Shown piece by piece: positions 19,617 through 28,599 of a stretch of 64,000 nucleotides of DNA; the first letter of the stretch is position 1; each line of letters opens with the position of its first letter. The position numbers and the translations under genes were made by a program. This stretch comes from an uncultured Methanosarcinales archaeon (GTDB lineage Archaea; Nanobdellota; Nanobdellia; Woesearchaeales; UBA12501), in the NCBI GenBank assembly GCA_964343705.1, contig CAYFJX010000008.1, positions 447 through 64,446 of the forward strand, written 5' to 3'. The notes beneath the pieces are model-generated. The model did not search any database. It was not told where the DNA came from and was given only the letters and a program-made list of their open reading frames with translations.

Positions 19617-20144
19617 TATTTTTCTTTACAATTATCCCACATAAATTGAAAGAACTTTCTGTATCCATCAGCTAGCATTTTACTTTTGAGAATGAATTGT
19701 AATGGTTCTTCGTATAATTCTCCTGGCTTTACACCAACAAAAGTAACGACATAATCTCCAAAAATATCAACAGCAGTAGGACTTGAATATTCTTTAGGTA
19801 AGAAGCGATAAGGTTTTCCTACTAATTTAAGAATTTCTGGCTTTTCTTTCTTTACTTCGTGATCAAAGAGATGCATAAATTTTATTCCTCGTTTTTTTCT
19901 TTCTTTATCAAAATGTCTAAGATAATGTTGCAATCTCGGATCAAGCCAGAATGCTTTTGTTCCCATAAAATACACTGTTTGTTTTCTTTCCCGATTTAAC
20001 GAAAGCGGCACCGTTAAGAAGTAGAGGTTTACCGTCGTAGAATACGTAAGGGCAATGTAAAAATTGGATATAATTCCTGTTAAGTTCGTTTTCCGTTACG
20101 AAGTCCGGAAAACCTGCGTCCGCAGAGTAAAATATGAGTTCCAA
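19523..20144 (-). pseudogene. N-terminally truncated, frameshifted TrmB-family regulator remnant
   Basis: The 162-aa ORF aligns with the C-terminal effector half of the TrmB-like protein at 21664-22419 (FMHLFDHEVK.., YRFLPKEY.., GYRKFFQFMW vs SYRDYFNHLW). No HTH part is present. The upstream piece is in another frame and runs into the 183-bp repeat. The 3' end overruns the HEPN gene. Confidence 0.45.
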
Positions 20145-20303
20145 TTAATTCGAGGCGAAGCCGAGTCATACTGTCCGTTAGGACTGGGGGTCTGTGTTCA
20201 ATAGAAAAAGCGTAGCGTTACATCAAGAACAGGAAGAAAGGGCAATTTCTATTTTATCCAGCACGAAGTGCTACCCAGTTAAAGAGGTTAGGGGGTCGCT
20301 GTT
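20121..20303. repeat. 183-bp direct repeat, copy 1
   Basis: Identical by eye to 26043-26225; contains boxes GGGGGTCTGTG, AGGGCAATTTCT and GGGGGTCGCTG, plus GAA-triloop mini-hairpins (GGCGAAGCC, GCACGAAGTGC). Confidence 0.9.
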
Positions 20304-20362
20304 CAGCTTTAGTAAGCTTTTTAATGTTCTACATTTATCTTTAGTAAAAAGGGGTCGCTGAT

Positions 20363-21667
20363 ATGAAAGAATCCGAAATACTTGAGTTCAAGAAGTCAAC
20401 AGGAGAGTTGAAAGAGGCTGTTATTTCAATAGGTTCCATTCTCAATAAACATCAAAGAGGTGATCTTTACTTTGGCGTTAGAAATGATGGCAAAGTTATT
20501 GGTCAAACTGTTACAGAAAAAACCATTAGAGATATTTCTAAATCCATTTCTGACCACATTGAACCAAAGATTTTTCCTAGAATTAAAGAAGTTGTTTTGG
20601 AAGGAAAGAAGTGTATCCATGTTGAATTTTCTGGTAACAACATTCCCTATTACGCTTTTGGTCGGGCTTACATTAGGGTAGGCGATGAAGACAAACAATT
20701 AAGTGCAAAAGAATTGGAAAAGATGATTCTTGATAAGAATAAGGAGAAAATGGCTTGGGATAAAGAAGTCTGTAAAGAAGCCAAAGTAAGCGACATTAAT
20801 GTTGAAAAATTGAAGTGGTTTCTGAAGAAAGCAGGAAAGAGTTTTGATAATGTTGAAAACTCATTGAAAAAGTTAAGTCTTCTTTCAAAAGGAAAACTGC
20901 TTAACACTGCTGTGATTCTATTTGCTAAAAATCCAGAAAACTTTTTCCCAAATGCAAAATTACGATGTGCAGTTTTTGGGAAAACAACAGCAGTAACTAT
21001 TGATATGCAACAGTTTACAGGTGATCTGTTTACTCTGATTGAGAAAGCTGAAAAATACATTCTTGAAAATATCCACATAGGAATGAGAGTTGAAGGGATG
21101 TACAGGGTTGATGTTCCAGAAATAGATAAAGAAGCTTTTAGGGAAGCAATCATTAATGCTTTTTGCCACAGGAATTATTATCTTTATGATTCAGTGAATA
21201 TTGCCGTCTTTAAAGATAGGTTGGAAATTAGAAATCCTGGCTTACTTTATGGTGGATTGACAATTGAAAGAATCAAAAATGAAGAAGTTTCTGAGCGAAG
21301 AAATGAATTACTTGCTGAGATGTTTCACCAAATTCATTTCGTGGAGAGATGGGGTAGAGGCATTAGTCTGATTCTATCAAAAGAGCCAAAAACAGAATTT
21401 AAAGAAGTGGGAAGACAGTTTATTGTTAAATTCAAGAGGAAAGTACAAATTGTAGAAACTACCCAAAAGACTACCCAAAAGACTACCCAAAAGATAATTT
21501 CTCTGATCAAAGAAAAACCGGCAATTACAAGAGAAGAATTAGCTAAAATTCTTAATATCTCATCAGATGGTGTAAAATATCATCTTAATAATTTAAAGAA
21601 AAGTGGTGTTTTGAAAAGGGTTGGTGGAAGGAAGGAGGGCCATTGGGAGATTGTGGAGAAAAATTAG
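20363..21667 (+). CDS. AlbA_2/Schlafen-type (divergent AAA, AAA_4) ATP-binding transcriptional regulator
   Basis: 434 aa; N-terminal ESEILEFKKS box, central HATPase_c_4-like region (AINAFCHRNY, RNPG), C-terminal wHTH (ITREELAKILNISSDGVKYHLNNLKKSGVLKRVG). Confidence 0.8.
   Translation: MKESEILEFKKSTGELKEAVISIGSILNKHQRGDLYFGVRNDGKVIGQTVTEKTIRDISKSISDHIEPKIFPRIKEVVLEGKKCIHVEFSGNNIPYYAFGRAYIRVGDEDKQLSAKELEKMILDKNKEKMAWDKEVCKEAKVSDINVEKLKWFLKKAGKSFDNVENSLKKLSLLSKGKLLNTAVILFAKNPENFFPNAKLRCAVFGKTTAVTIDMQQFTGDLFTLIEKAEKYILENIHIGMRVEGMYRVDVPEIDKEAFREAIINAFCHRNYYLYDSVNIAVFKDRLEIRNPGLLYGGLTIERIKNEEVSERRNELLAEMFHQIHFVERWGRGISLILSKEPKTEFKEVGRQFIVKFKRKVQIVETTQKTTQKTTQKIISLIKEKPAITREELAKILNISSDGVKYHLNNLKKSGVLKRVGGRKEGHWEIVEKN
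21458..21493 (+). repeat. 3 x 12-bp tandem repeat (ACTACCCAAAAG) encoding TTQK x3 linker
   Basis: Seen directly in DNA and in the protein (TTQKTTQKTTQK), between the ATPase-like part and the wHTH. Confidence 0.8.
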
Positions 21668-22419
21668 GGTTTTGCTGTTTTCCATAGGTGATTAAAATAA
21701 TCCCTATAGGATTGTGCTACTTCTTTACTTCTGACGACAATTCCGATTGGTTCAGAAGACCACATTATTGTTGCGACTTTATCACCATAAATTTGAATAG
21801 ATGTTAAAGATGCAAATGAAGCAGGAAGAATTCTAACTGGCGTATATTTATATTGCTTCAATTGTTTTGCTCTGAGAATTGATTTTTTTGGGAAAATGAA
21901 TTTCATCGTTTGTTTTTGCTTTACTCTCTTATTGTGAAAAGCCGGAAGGGAATATTTCATGTGATACTTCATTGATTCAGCATCTTCAGCATACGCTCCA
22001 ATAACAAGAATTTCTTTTTTATCCTCTAACCAGTCCTGAAATATAGACTTTAGTCCTTTATTTCCCTTGTAGAGGGTAACTTCTTGAGGAGCTTTGCCTA
22101 ATTTTCGTTTATCTTCAAGCTGAGGAATAAGCTGTAAGAGTTCTTGTTTCTCTTTCTGAATTTTATCTTCTTTTTTTTCTATCACATCAATAAAATTCTT
22201 GGCATTAGCTGCCTCAAAATATTTTCTATTGGCTTTAATGACATGCGAAACAAGACCTTTGTCAATCAACTTATCTAACGTATCATAAACTGCTCCCCTG
22301 TGGAGTTCAATTTTCTTTAATATTTCTCCTGCTGTAACAGACCCTAATTCTAACAGAGCAAGGTATACTTTAATCTCGTTTCCTGTCAATCCAACTTCTT
22401 CTAGTATTTTGGTGTTCAT
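21664..22419 (-). CDS. TrmB-family transcriptional regulator
   Basis: 251 aa; N-terminal wHTH LTGNEIKVYLALLELGSVTAGEILKKIELHRGAVYDTLDKLIDKGLV, coiled linker, C-terminal effector domain. Confidence 0.8.
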   Translation of the reverse strand: MNTKILEEVGLTGNEIKVYLALLELGSVTAGEILKKIELHRGAVYDTLDKLIDKGLVSHVIKANRKYFEAANAKNFIDVIEKKEDKIQKEKQELLQLIPQLEDKRKLGKAPQEVTLYKGNKGLKSIFQDWLEDKKEILVIGAYAEDAESMKYHMKYSLPAFHNKRVKQKQTMKFIFPKKSILRAKQLKQYKYTPVRILPASFASLTSIQIYGDKVATIMWSSEPIGIVVRSKEVAQSYRDYFNHLWKTAKP

Positions 22420-22518
22420 ATTAACTCTATTGGTTGATGTTTTATTTAAATCTTTCTACTGTCATACTGCAATAGGACGACATAATTATATATAACAACG
22501 AAGTACCACTTTACCGTT

Positions 22519-23424
22519 ATGAATATAAGAGATAGACTAAATGGCTTATTTGGAATTAATATTCCAGAAGTCTATGGTGGAGAAGAACTCTCATTGCCGG
22601 ATATCGTAGAAGTAGTTGTAAATCTATCTTCGCAAGACCTAAGTGCAGCAGCTATGCTTGGATCGCATATGCGAGTAGCTCATTACATCAACCATTTTGG
22701 AACAGAAGAACAAAAAGAGAAGTTTCTATCAAAACTAGCAAGTGGAGAAATTATTGGGGCGCATGCACGGACAGAACACGAAAGCACAGTAAGAGCTACA
22801 AAAGAAAAGGATGGATATGTACTTGATGGCATAAAACCCTACGTTACTAATGCAGAGGAAGCCGGACTATTTGTAGTTACAGCCAATAGCAATAACAACA
22901 TCTTTCTTGTAGAGAGAGATACTCCTGATTTTGTTGTGGGTAAAGACATTCCTCGCACAGGTGTTTTAGGGACAAGTCTTTGTAGTGTTTATCTGAACGA
23001 TTGTAAAGTTTCTCCAAATGCCCTACTTAGTGGGACTGAAGGTCAAGCAAAAGCATATTTAGAGGAAACTAAGAAACTTGCACTCATTAATTATGTTGCA
23101 CGTACAATTGGAACACTAAAAACTCTAAAATCAATTGTTAAAGATGCGCCACCAAATGCTATTCCAAACCATGACGATCTAGTGAGAAGAGTCAACTCAC
23201 GTATCGGTGTTGCAGAGGATCTAGTTGGAGAATCAATTAGGAAGTATCAAGAATCTGATCCATCACTTGTATCTTTTCTGTCAGCAGGACGTTCTGGTTG
23301 TGTTGATTCTTGTATGAAAACACTTACTGAAATGCTATGCAGTTATACGTACACAAATATAACATTTGCTCAATTTTACCGAGATGTACCATCTCTTGCA
23401 GTAATTGGAGGTGGCCGAAGATGA
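22519..23424 (+). CDS. acyl-CoA dehydrogenase-fold protein, short and lacking the canonical C-terminal catalytic Glu
   Basis: 301 aa; ACAD middle/C-terminal blocks (GINIPEVYGGEELS, GSHMRVAHYINHFGTEEQKEKFLSKLASGEIIGA, DGYVLDGIKPYVTNA). About 55 N-terminal residues of a typical ACAD are missing. The Y-E-G-T position reads IGGG. Confidence 0.65.
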   Translation: MNIRDRLNGLFGINIPEVYGGEELSLPDIVEVVVNLSSQDLSAAAMLGSHMRVAHYINHFGTEEQKEKFLSKLASGEIIGAHARTEHESTVRATKEKDGYVLDGIKPYVTNAEEAGLFVVTANSNNNIFLVERDTPDFVVGKDIPRTGVLGTSLCSVYLNDCKVSPNALLSGTEGQAKAYLEETKKLALINYVARTIGTLKTLKSIVKDAPPNAIPNHDDLVRRVNSRIGVAEDLVGESIRKYQESDPSLVSFLSAGRSGCVDSCMKTLTEMLCSYTYTNITFAQFYRDVPSLAVIGGGRR

Positions 23425-24341
23425 TTCTTGAATCAATATTGGATAATCTAACGCCAGTTTCTCTACTTCATTTACCAAGAGAAGAAGGCTCGGCTGATAT
23501 TTACGTAGCGTTGTTACATACTTTGCCAATGGGAAGCCACAAAATTCTTGCAGCAAAATCCATGATAGAAGATGCAGAACACACACATACAATAACAGAC
23601 GAAACTGTATTTGTAGATCAATCTTCAGGTAACGCTGCTTCTGCCGAAGCTTTTGTTTGTGCAACAAAAGGATACAGGTATGAGTGTTTTATGCCAGAAA
23701 GCATGGCTCCTGAAAAAATACAACAAGTTCTCGCCTGTGGGGGAATTATTCACTTTACTCCGGCGGAAGAATTTGTTGATAGCGCAAAGAAAATAGCAGA
23801 GGCATACTGTGAAGAAAATCCAGAAAGGAGGATATATCTTGATCAAAGTGTAAATCCTGCAAGCCCTAGAGGATACGAACCGATTGGAAGACAATTTATT
23901 AGTTTGCTACCATCAATTGATGCTTTTGTCTCTGGTGGTGGAACATATGGTACAATAACTGGGATTTCACGTGTCTTGAAGAAACATGATGAAAGCATTC
24001 AAGTTACTTGTGTTGAATCTGTCTATGCTCCTCGTCTTCATTCTCGCAGAAATAATTATTCCATGCCCAAATTTAGAGGACAAAAGATTACTGGATTTGG
24101 GGGAGAAGTTCTGCAAAGCAATGCTCAGCCAGAATTATATGATAATGTTGTTTTGACAGACGAAGAAAAAGCGATTCAACATCTCCGTAAGCTTCACAGA
24201 TCTGGTCTTCTTGTTGGTAAAAGTTCGGCAGCAGTTCTTCAAGTAGCACAAGATGTAGCAAGAAATCTGGGAGATGGTAAAATTGTAGTGACAAATACAT
24301 ACGACTCGTTCTCAAAAATGATTTCTGAAGGAATCTACTAA
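23421..24341 (+). CDS. PLP-dependent cysteine synthase/threonine dehydratase-fold enzyme (fold type II)
   Basis: 306 aa from MILESILD (ATGA overlap with the upstream stop). GSHKILAAKSMI matches the GS.K.R.A..MI PLP-lysine motif; Gly-rich SGGGTYGTITG phosphate loop. Confidence 0.7.
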   Translation: MILESILDNLTPVSLLHLPREEGSADIYVALLHTLPMGSHKILAAKSMIEDAEHTHTITDETVFVDQSSGNAASAEAFVCATKGYRYECFMPESMAPEKIQQVLACGGIIHFTPAEEFVDSAKKIAEAYCEENPERRIYLDQSVNPASPRGYEPIGRQFISLLPSIDAFVSGGGTYGTITGISRVLKKHDESIQVTCVESVYAPRLHSRRNNYSMPKFRGQKITGFGGEVLQSNAQPELYDNVVLTDEEKAIQHLRKLHRSGLLVGKSSAAVLQVAQDVARNLGDGKIVVTNTYDSFSKMISEGIY

Positions 24342-24353
24342 AGAGGATAAAAA

Positions 24354-25820
24354 ATGTGCGGCATTGCAGGAATTATCGGAGACAATTCTGACAAGGAAGC
24401 TGAAGGCTTAATTAGTAAGCTTTATCATAGAGGGCCAGACGACCAAGGCTATTGGAATAATGATAGCGCTCTTCTAGCTTCTACAAGGTTGATGATAACT
24501 AGTGATCAAGACGAAGGAGTACAACCATTCGTCAAAGGAGATTATGTGCTAGTCTTTAATGGTGAAATATTCAATTACAGATCATTAGGAACACATAAAA
24601 CAGATACAGAAGTGTTGATGGACGGATTGATCCACGAGGGAAATTCTTTTCTTCAAAAATTGGATGGACAGTTTGCTTTAGCATTTTATGATGCTAAACA
24701 TGATAAGATGTTGCTTGCTAGAGATCATTTGGGAAGAATGCCTCTATTCTATACTCTTTCGGAAGATGGACGATTTATTTTTGCTTCTGAAGTGAAAGCA
24801 ATATTTTCGGTTGGTGTGCAAGCTGAATTAAAAGAGGATGAAAATTTTAGATACCAGTGGAGCAATCAGATACCAACGACAAATGAGACAATATTTGAAA
24901 ATGTTTACCAAGTTCTGCCGGGTGAATTTTTGGTCATTAACAGGGGAGTTGGTAGGAGACAGTATTATACGCTTACACAACCACCTATTTTAGATAAACC
25001 TGAATCGTATTTTCTAGAACGGCTCCCAAGTATTTTGGAGGGTTCTGTTGCGAGAGAATTGACAGGGAATGCAAAAATAGGATTATCTTTCTCTGGAGGT
25101 GTAGATTCAACCATAGTGCTTAAGGTTTTAAGTGAAAGACTTCCGTATCGTCCTGTAGCAATCGCTGCTTTTCGTGATGAAGAACATTTTGATGTTGTAA
25201 GAGAAGCTTCTGAATTGTATGGAGCAGATCTTGTTGAACTAAAACTTGACAGAGGAATAGTAAAAGATCTCCCTAGAGTTCTTTATGCGACAGAAACGTA
25301 TGGTATGGGACATGGAATTGAATTACTTCATTATGCGATATCAAAGGAAGCTAAGAAACGAGGAGTTAAAGTGTTTATGTGTGGAGCAGGAATAGATGAA
25401 GAATTTTTAGGATATGAACATTTTTCGGATTCTCCGTCAGCTGAAGAAAGATTTAATGAGACAAGTCAATTGTTTAATTCACATTTATATGTTAGAGATA
25501 GGACTAGAATGGCTCATGGAATTGAAGCTAGGTGTCCATTTGTTAATAGGCAGTTAGTTGAATTTGCGTTAAGAGTGCCGGTGCAGTATTGTGTTAATGA
25601 ATCTGGGGCGAAGCAGGTCATGAGAAAAGCAGCTGGTACTTTTTTACCAGAAAAGTTTGCTAATTTGCCAAAAATTCAGTCTTACACTCACTCAAATATT
25701 TTTAGTTTGATACAGGAAGAGTTAGGAGTTAGAACAAATGAAGAATATATGGAGATATGTCATGATTTGGTAAAGCAGATGTTTGTAGATGGAAAAGATG
25801 TTGATGCAGTGAAATTATAA
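24354..25820 (+). CDS. asparagine synthase (glutamine-hydrolysing)-like amidotransferase
   Basis: 488 aa; N-terminal nucleophile MCGIAGI, Ntn-GATase blocks, PP-loop SFSGGVDS. Confidence 0.85.
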   Translation: MCGIAGIIGDNSDKEAEGLISKLYHRGPDDQGYWNNDSALLASTRLMITSDQDEGVQPFVKGDYVLVFNGEIFNYRSLGTHKTDTEVLMDGLIHEGNSFLQKLDGQFALAFYDAKHDKMLLARDHLGRMPLFYTLSEDGRFIFASEVKAIFSVGVQAELKEDENFRYQWSNQIPTTNETIFENVYQVLPGEFLVINRGVGRRQYYTLTQPPILDKPESYFLERLPSILEGSVARELTGNAKIGLSFSGGVDSTIVLKVLSERLPYRPVAIAAFRDEEHFDVVREASELYGADLVELKLDRGIVKDLPRVLYATETYGMGHGIELLHYAISKEAKKRGVKVFMCGAGIDEEFLGYEHFSDSPSAEERFNETSQLFNSHLYVRDRTRMAHGIEARCPFVNRQLVEFALRVPVQYCVNESGAKQVMRKAAGTFLPEKFANLPKIQSYTHSNIFSLIQEELGVRTNEEYMEICHDLVKQMFVDGKDVDAVKL

Positions 25821-26042
25821 AGCGACCCCCCATTTTAGTTTTTAGAAATTGCCCTATTAAATTAAATTTCTTTTTCATAGAAAAAGTCTAAATGTGCGTC
25901 AGCACCACAGACCCCCTCTTTTTTTAGAACTCAAATTTTATTGAAACTAACATCCGAATTCAGATGTTAAGTTCGTCGAGTTACGAGTGACCGAAGGGAA
26001 CGGAGTGGCGAGACCAAGATTTAACTCCGAAGGAGATTAAAT

Positions 26043-26225
26043 CGCAGAGTAAAATATGAGTTCCAATTAATTCGAGGCGAAGCCGAGTCATACTGTCCGT
26101 TAGGACTGGGGGTCTGTGTTCAATAGAAAAAGCGTAGCGTTACATCAAGAACAGGAAGAAAGGGCAATTTCTATTTTATCCAGCACGAAGTGCTACCCAG
26201 TTAAAGAGGTTAGGGGGTCGCTGTT
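26043..26225. repeat. 183-bp direct repeat, copy 2
   Basis: Identical by eye to 20121-20303, offset 5922 bp. Weaker homology continues upstream (TGTTAAGTTCGT at about 20088 and about 25963). Confidence 0.9.
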
Positions 26226-26277
26226 TTTGGAAAATTTAGTAGTAAAATATATAAATATCAAAGAACTTTAGGTTGAT

Positions 26278-26424
26278 ATGGAAACAGTTACAATCCCAAA
26301 AGAAGAATACGAAATGCTCAAGCACAAAGCCGAAGTAGATGAGGATTTATTAGTTTCATTAGTTAGAGGGCTTGAGGATATTAAAGCTGGTCGCATTAAG
26401 CCATGGAAAGGCTTCACAAATTAA
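26278..26424 (+). CDS. possible 48-aa antitoxin-like protein (METVTIPKEEYEMLKHKAEVDEDLLVSLVRGLEDIKAGRIKPW...)
   Basis: Short ORF below the track cutoff. Composition resembles small archaeal antitoxins, but it is convergent with, not upstream of, the RelE-like gene. Confidence 0.3.
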   Translation: METVTIPKEEYEMLKHKAEVDEDLLVSLVRGLEDIKAGRIKPWKGFTN

Positions 26425-26728
26425 GCTTCTTTTTAATCTCTTCTTGATAGTGTGGAATGAGTGATTTTATCTTGTCAATAGCATCCTGTTGATCTTTCTT
26501 GGTGCTGATTGTTATCACAAAGACAACAACGTACTCCTCATACACAAGATAATAAACACGATAATTCATAATTTTCTTCTCTCTAAAGAAGGGATAACTT
26601 AATTGCTTTCCAACAAATGGATTATCCTCAAGTTGATCAATTTCTTTGGCGATTGCTCGTTGCAACTGTTTATCTAACTTTTTGTATCGCCTATCAAATT
26701 CATCTGTAGTGAAGATTTTGTAACCCAT
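26414..26728 (-). CDS. RelE/ParE-superfamily toxin
   Basis: 104 aa; F.KRYKKL...L...I...I..L..NPF.GK.L, then YRVYYLV and VVVFVITISTKKD, the usual RelE/StbE pattern. Confidence 0.7.
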   Translation of the reverse strand: MGYKIFTTDEFDRRYKKLDKQLQRAIAKEIDQLEDNPFVGKQLSYPFFREKKIMNYRVYYLVYEEYVVVFVITISTKKDQQDAIDKIKSLIPHYQEEIKKKLNL

Positions 26729-26832
26729 TTTTAATGGAAAAGATTGAATTGATATAAAAGTTCTTTGGTAGTGTTTAAGCTGTTGCTGTACCCCACATTA
26801 TCTTAAAAAATTGATCGTACGATTCAGCAGCT

Positions 26833-27162
26833 TTGACAGCAGAACAGATAGCTGAATTTTTTGGTCAGATTGTTGAAGTCAGAAAAAAATATCCAAAAGA
26901 AGTTTTAGAAATAAAACCTCATGGAAATTTTGGACCAAGACCTGGATCAAAAGGAGAGACTTTAGCAAATGAAAATAGTTACTGTCCTGCTGGAAGGAAT
27001 TTAGTTACAATTGATCCACAGAATAGAGTTTATGGCTGTCCATTCTCTATGCATCCAAACAGTGTAATTGGTAGATATGAAAATGGACAAATAGTAATAG
27101 ACAAAGAATTGCTTGGTGGAAGAAGAAATACCTGTATTACGCATCTTTTGACATCAAGCTAG
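26833..27162 (+). pseudogene. C-terminal fragment of a radical-SAM/SPASM-domain protein
   Basis: Only the SPASM-like Cys region is present (YCPAGRNLVTIDPQNRVYGCPFS). No CxxxCxxC core and no ATG (the track start is TTG). Confidence 0.5.
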
Positions 27163-27433
27163 TTATTTCTTTTTTTTCAATTCTTGCCCATCTCATAATT
27201 CGCCCTTTCTCGATTGGATTTAATTCGTGTTAAATCCTACCGACTACGAAGTGGGAGGTACAAGGTTTAAGTTCCGAAGGAACATTAAACCGCAGAGTAA
27301 AATTTAAGTTTACATCAATCACCCGAAGGGTTCATATATTTTAGGACTCTCTCACGTTTTACATAAATTTAGAACATCAAGGGCAATCTCTACTTACAGT
27401 TTTTACATCCGTTTATTTCGGCACAGAGTTTTT

Positions 27434-28580
27434 TTAGGGAGAACTTCTTTTAATTAAGGTATTTGTGTGATTTTGATAAATGTATTTTTTTGGGGTTAGA
27501 ATAGTGGTTGTTTTTTGTGTTTATTTTGTTTTTATTTGTTGTTTTTTTACTTTTTTAAGAGTGCTTTCGCTAGGTTGAGAGTAGGAATCGTAGTCGGTGG
27601 ATGTTGTATGCTGCGTATTGGAATATTTGTTGTATGAATACTCTTCCTGTTGTGGTGAGTTTTGTTCGTCCTCCTTTGAAAACTCTACTAATTGTTGCTA
27701 AAGGATGTTCTCCTCGACAACGTGATTTTGTTATTCTTTTGTTCCGTAGTTTTTGTTTGGGTGTTAGGTTGCCTCTTTTCATTGTTGCGTTACCTTTTGC
27801 TTTTGTTGGTGACCCACTGTAACAACGATCACGTTTTATTATTTCATCTGGCTTTGCCAGATCAATATGCCCATCAAAAACTTTTGCAGTGGCAACTGCA
27901 AGCTTTGTCACTAGCTTAGTTCCTTCATCAACTTTGAAATGAGTTTTGTAACCAAAGAAACTTTTCTTTCCTTTCTTTGTCCATGTCGCGTCTTTATTAC
28001 GACTTGTTTTTGCTTCCCTACCACGATTTATTTTATCACTACTCTGCTTTTTACCAGGATCAGCAACAACAAAAGTCGCATCCTGAATTTTACCCTCTTT
28101 CAAAATAATATTGTTTTTAGCAAATTCTTTTTGGAGTGCACTCCAAAAAGAGTCAATCAAACCTTCTTCCTGAAGCCACTCACGATAAGCCCAAATAGTT
28201 TTAGCATCAGGAATATGAGCATAACCCAAAAAATTTCGAAAATCAAACCTGTTATAACACTGATATTCAAGCTCCTCATCACTCACATTATGCCACGCCT
28301 GAAGACACAATACTTTAAGCATTACAACATGAGGTATCGGACGACGACCAGCTTTTTCAGGAGTCCTATCAGGAAGAGAACCAGCAAGAGCCCCCCAATC
28401 AACCAAATCATGCACCTCCTGCAAAACACACTTACGCTTAACAACCTCCTTAAACTTCTCACTCAAAACAAAATCAACCAAAGTCCCCATAAAAAAACAC
28501 CTCACTTTTTTATAAACTATCGACGACAAAACAAGTATAAATAATTTACTATTTCAAACAATTAATAGAAATTCTCTAAA
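27434..28580 (-). mobile_element. IS5-family insertion sequence (about 1.15 kb)
   Basis: Imperfect terminal inverted repeats TTAGGGAGAACTTCTTTTAATT (about 27434-27455) and AATTAATAGAAATTCTCTAA (about 28561-28580) enclose one DDE transposase gene. Boundaries are approximate. Confidence 0.5.
27570..28529 (-). CDS. IS5-family DDE transposase (DUF772 N-terminal + DDE_Tnp_1)
   Basis: GRRPIPHVVMLKVLCLQAWHNVSDEELEYQCYNRFDFRNFLG (InsH N-terminal), DATFVVAD, DATWTKKGKKSFFGYKTHFKVDEGTKLV..A.VFDG, AAYNIHRL. The likely true start is Met14 (MGTLVDF, about 28490). Confidence 0.8.
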   Translation of the reverse strand: MSSIVYKKVRCFFMGTLVDFVLSEKFKEVVKRKCVLQEVHDLVDWGALAGSLPDRTPEKAGRRPIPHVVMLKVLCLQAWHNVSDEELEYQCYNRFDFRNFLGYAHIPDAKTIWAYREWLQEEGLIDSFWSALQKEFAKNNIILKEGKIQDATFVVADPGKKQSSDKINRGREAKTSRNKDATWTKKGKKSFFGYKTHFKVDEGTKLVTKLAVATAKVFDGHIDLAKPDEIIKRDRCYSGSPTKAKGNATMKRGNLTPKQKLRNKRITKSRCRGEHPLATISRVFKGGRTKLTTTGRVFIQQIFQYAAYNIHRLRFLLST

Positions 28581-28599
28581 GATAACTTTGAATTGGTGG

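Noticed and set aside
20121-26225. CRISPR array or archaeal integron as explanations for the 183-bp repeats
   Set aside because: There are only two long copies 5.9 kb apart, and no short regular repeat-spacer periodicity or cas genes, so this is not a CRISPR array. The integron idea is kept only as a weak analogy, because no IntI-like recombinase or attI is visible in the window.
26833-27162. Intact small Cys-rich protein gene
   Set aside because: It starts at TTG with no SD and matches only the C-terminal SPASM part of a much larger enzyme family, so it is called a fragment.
27939-28544. 201-aa plus-strand ORF
   Set aside because: It is an antisense reading of the IS5 transposase (Thr/Phe/Leu-rich, no domain).
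28430-28545. Apparent 1-nt frame discrepancies between my by-eye reading of homopolymer runs at line breaks and the ORF track (also near 38820-38881)
   Set aside because: These were treated as my own reading error rather than real frameshifts, because both strands of the track translate continuously. For this reason non-ORF coordinates are given as +/- 1-2 nt.
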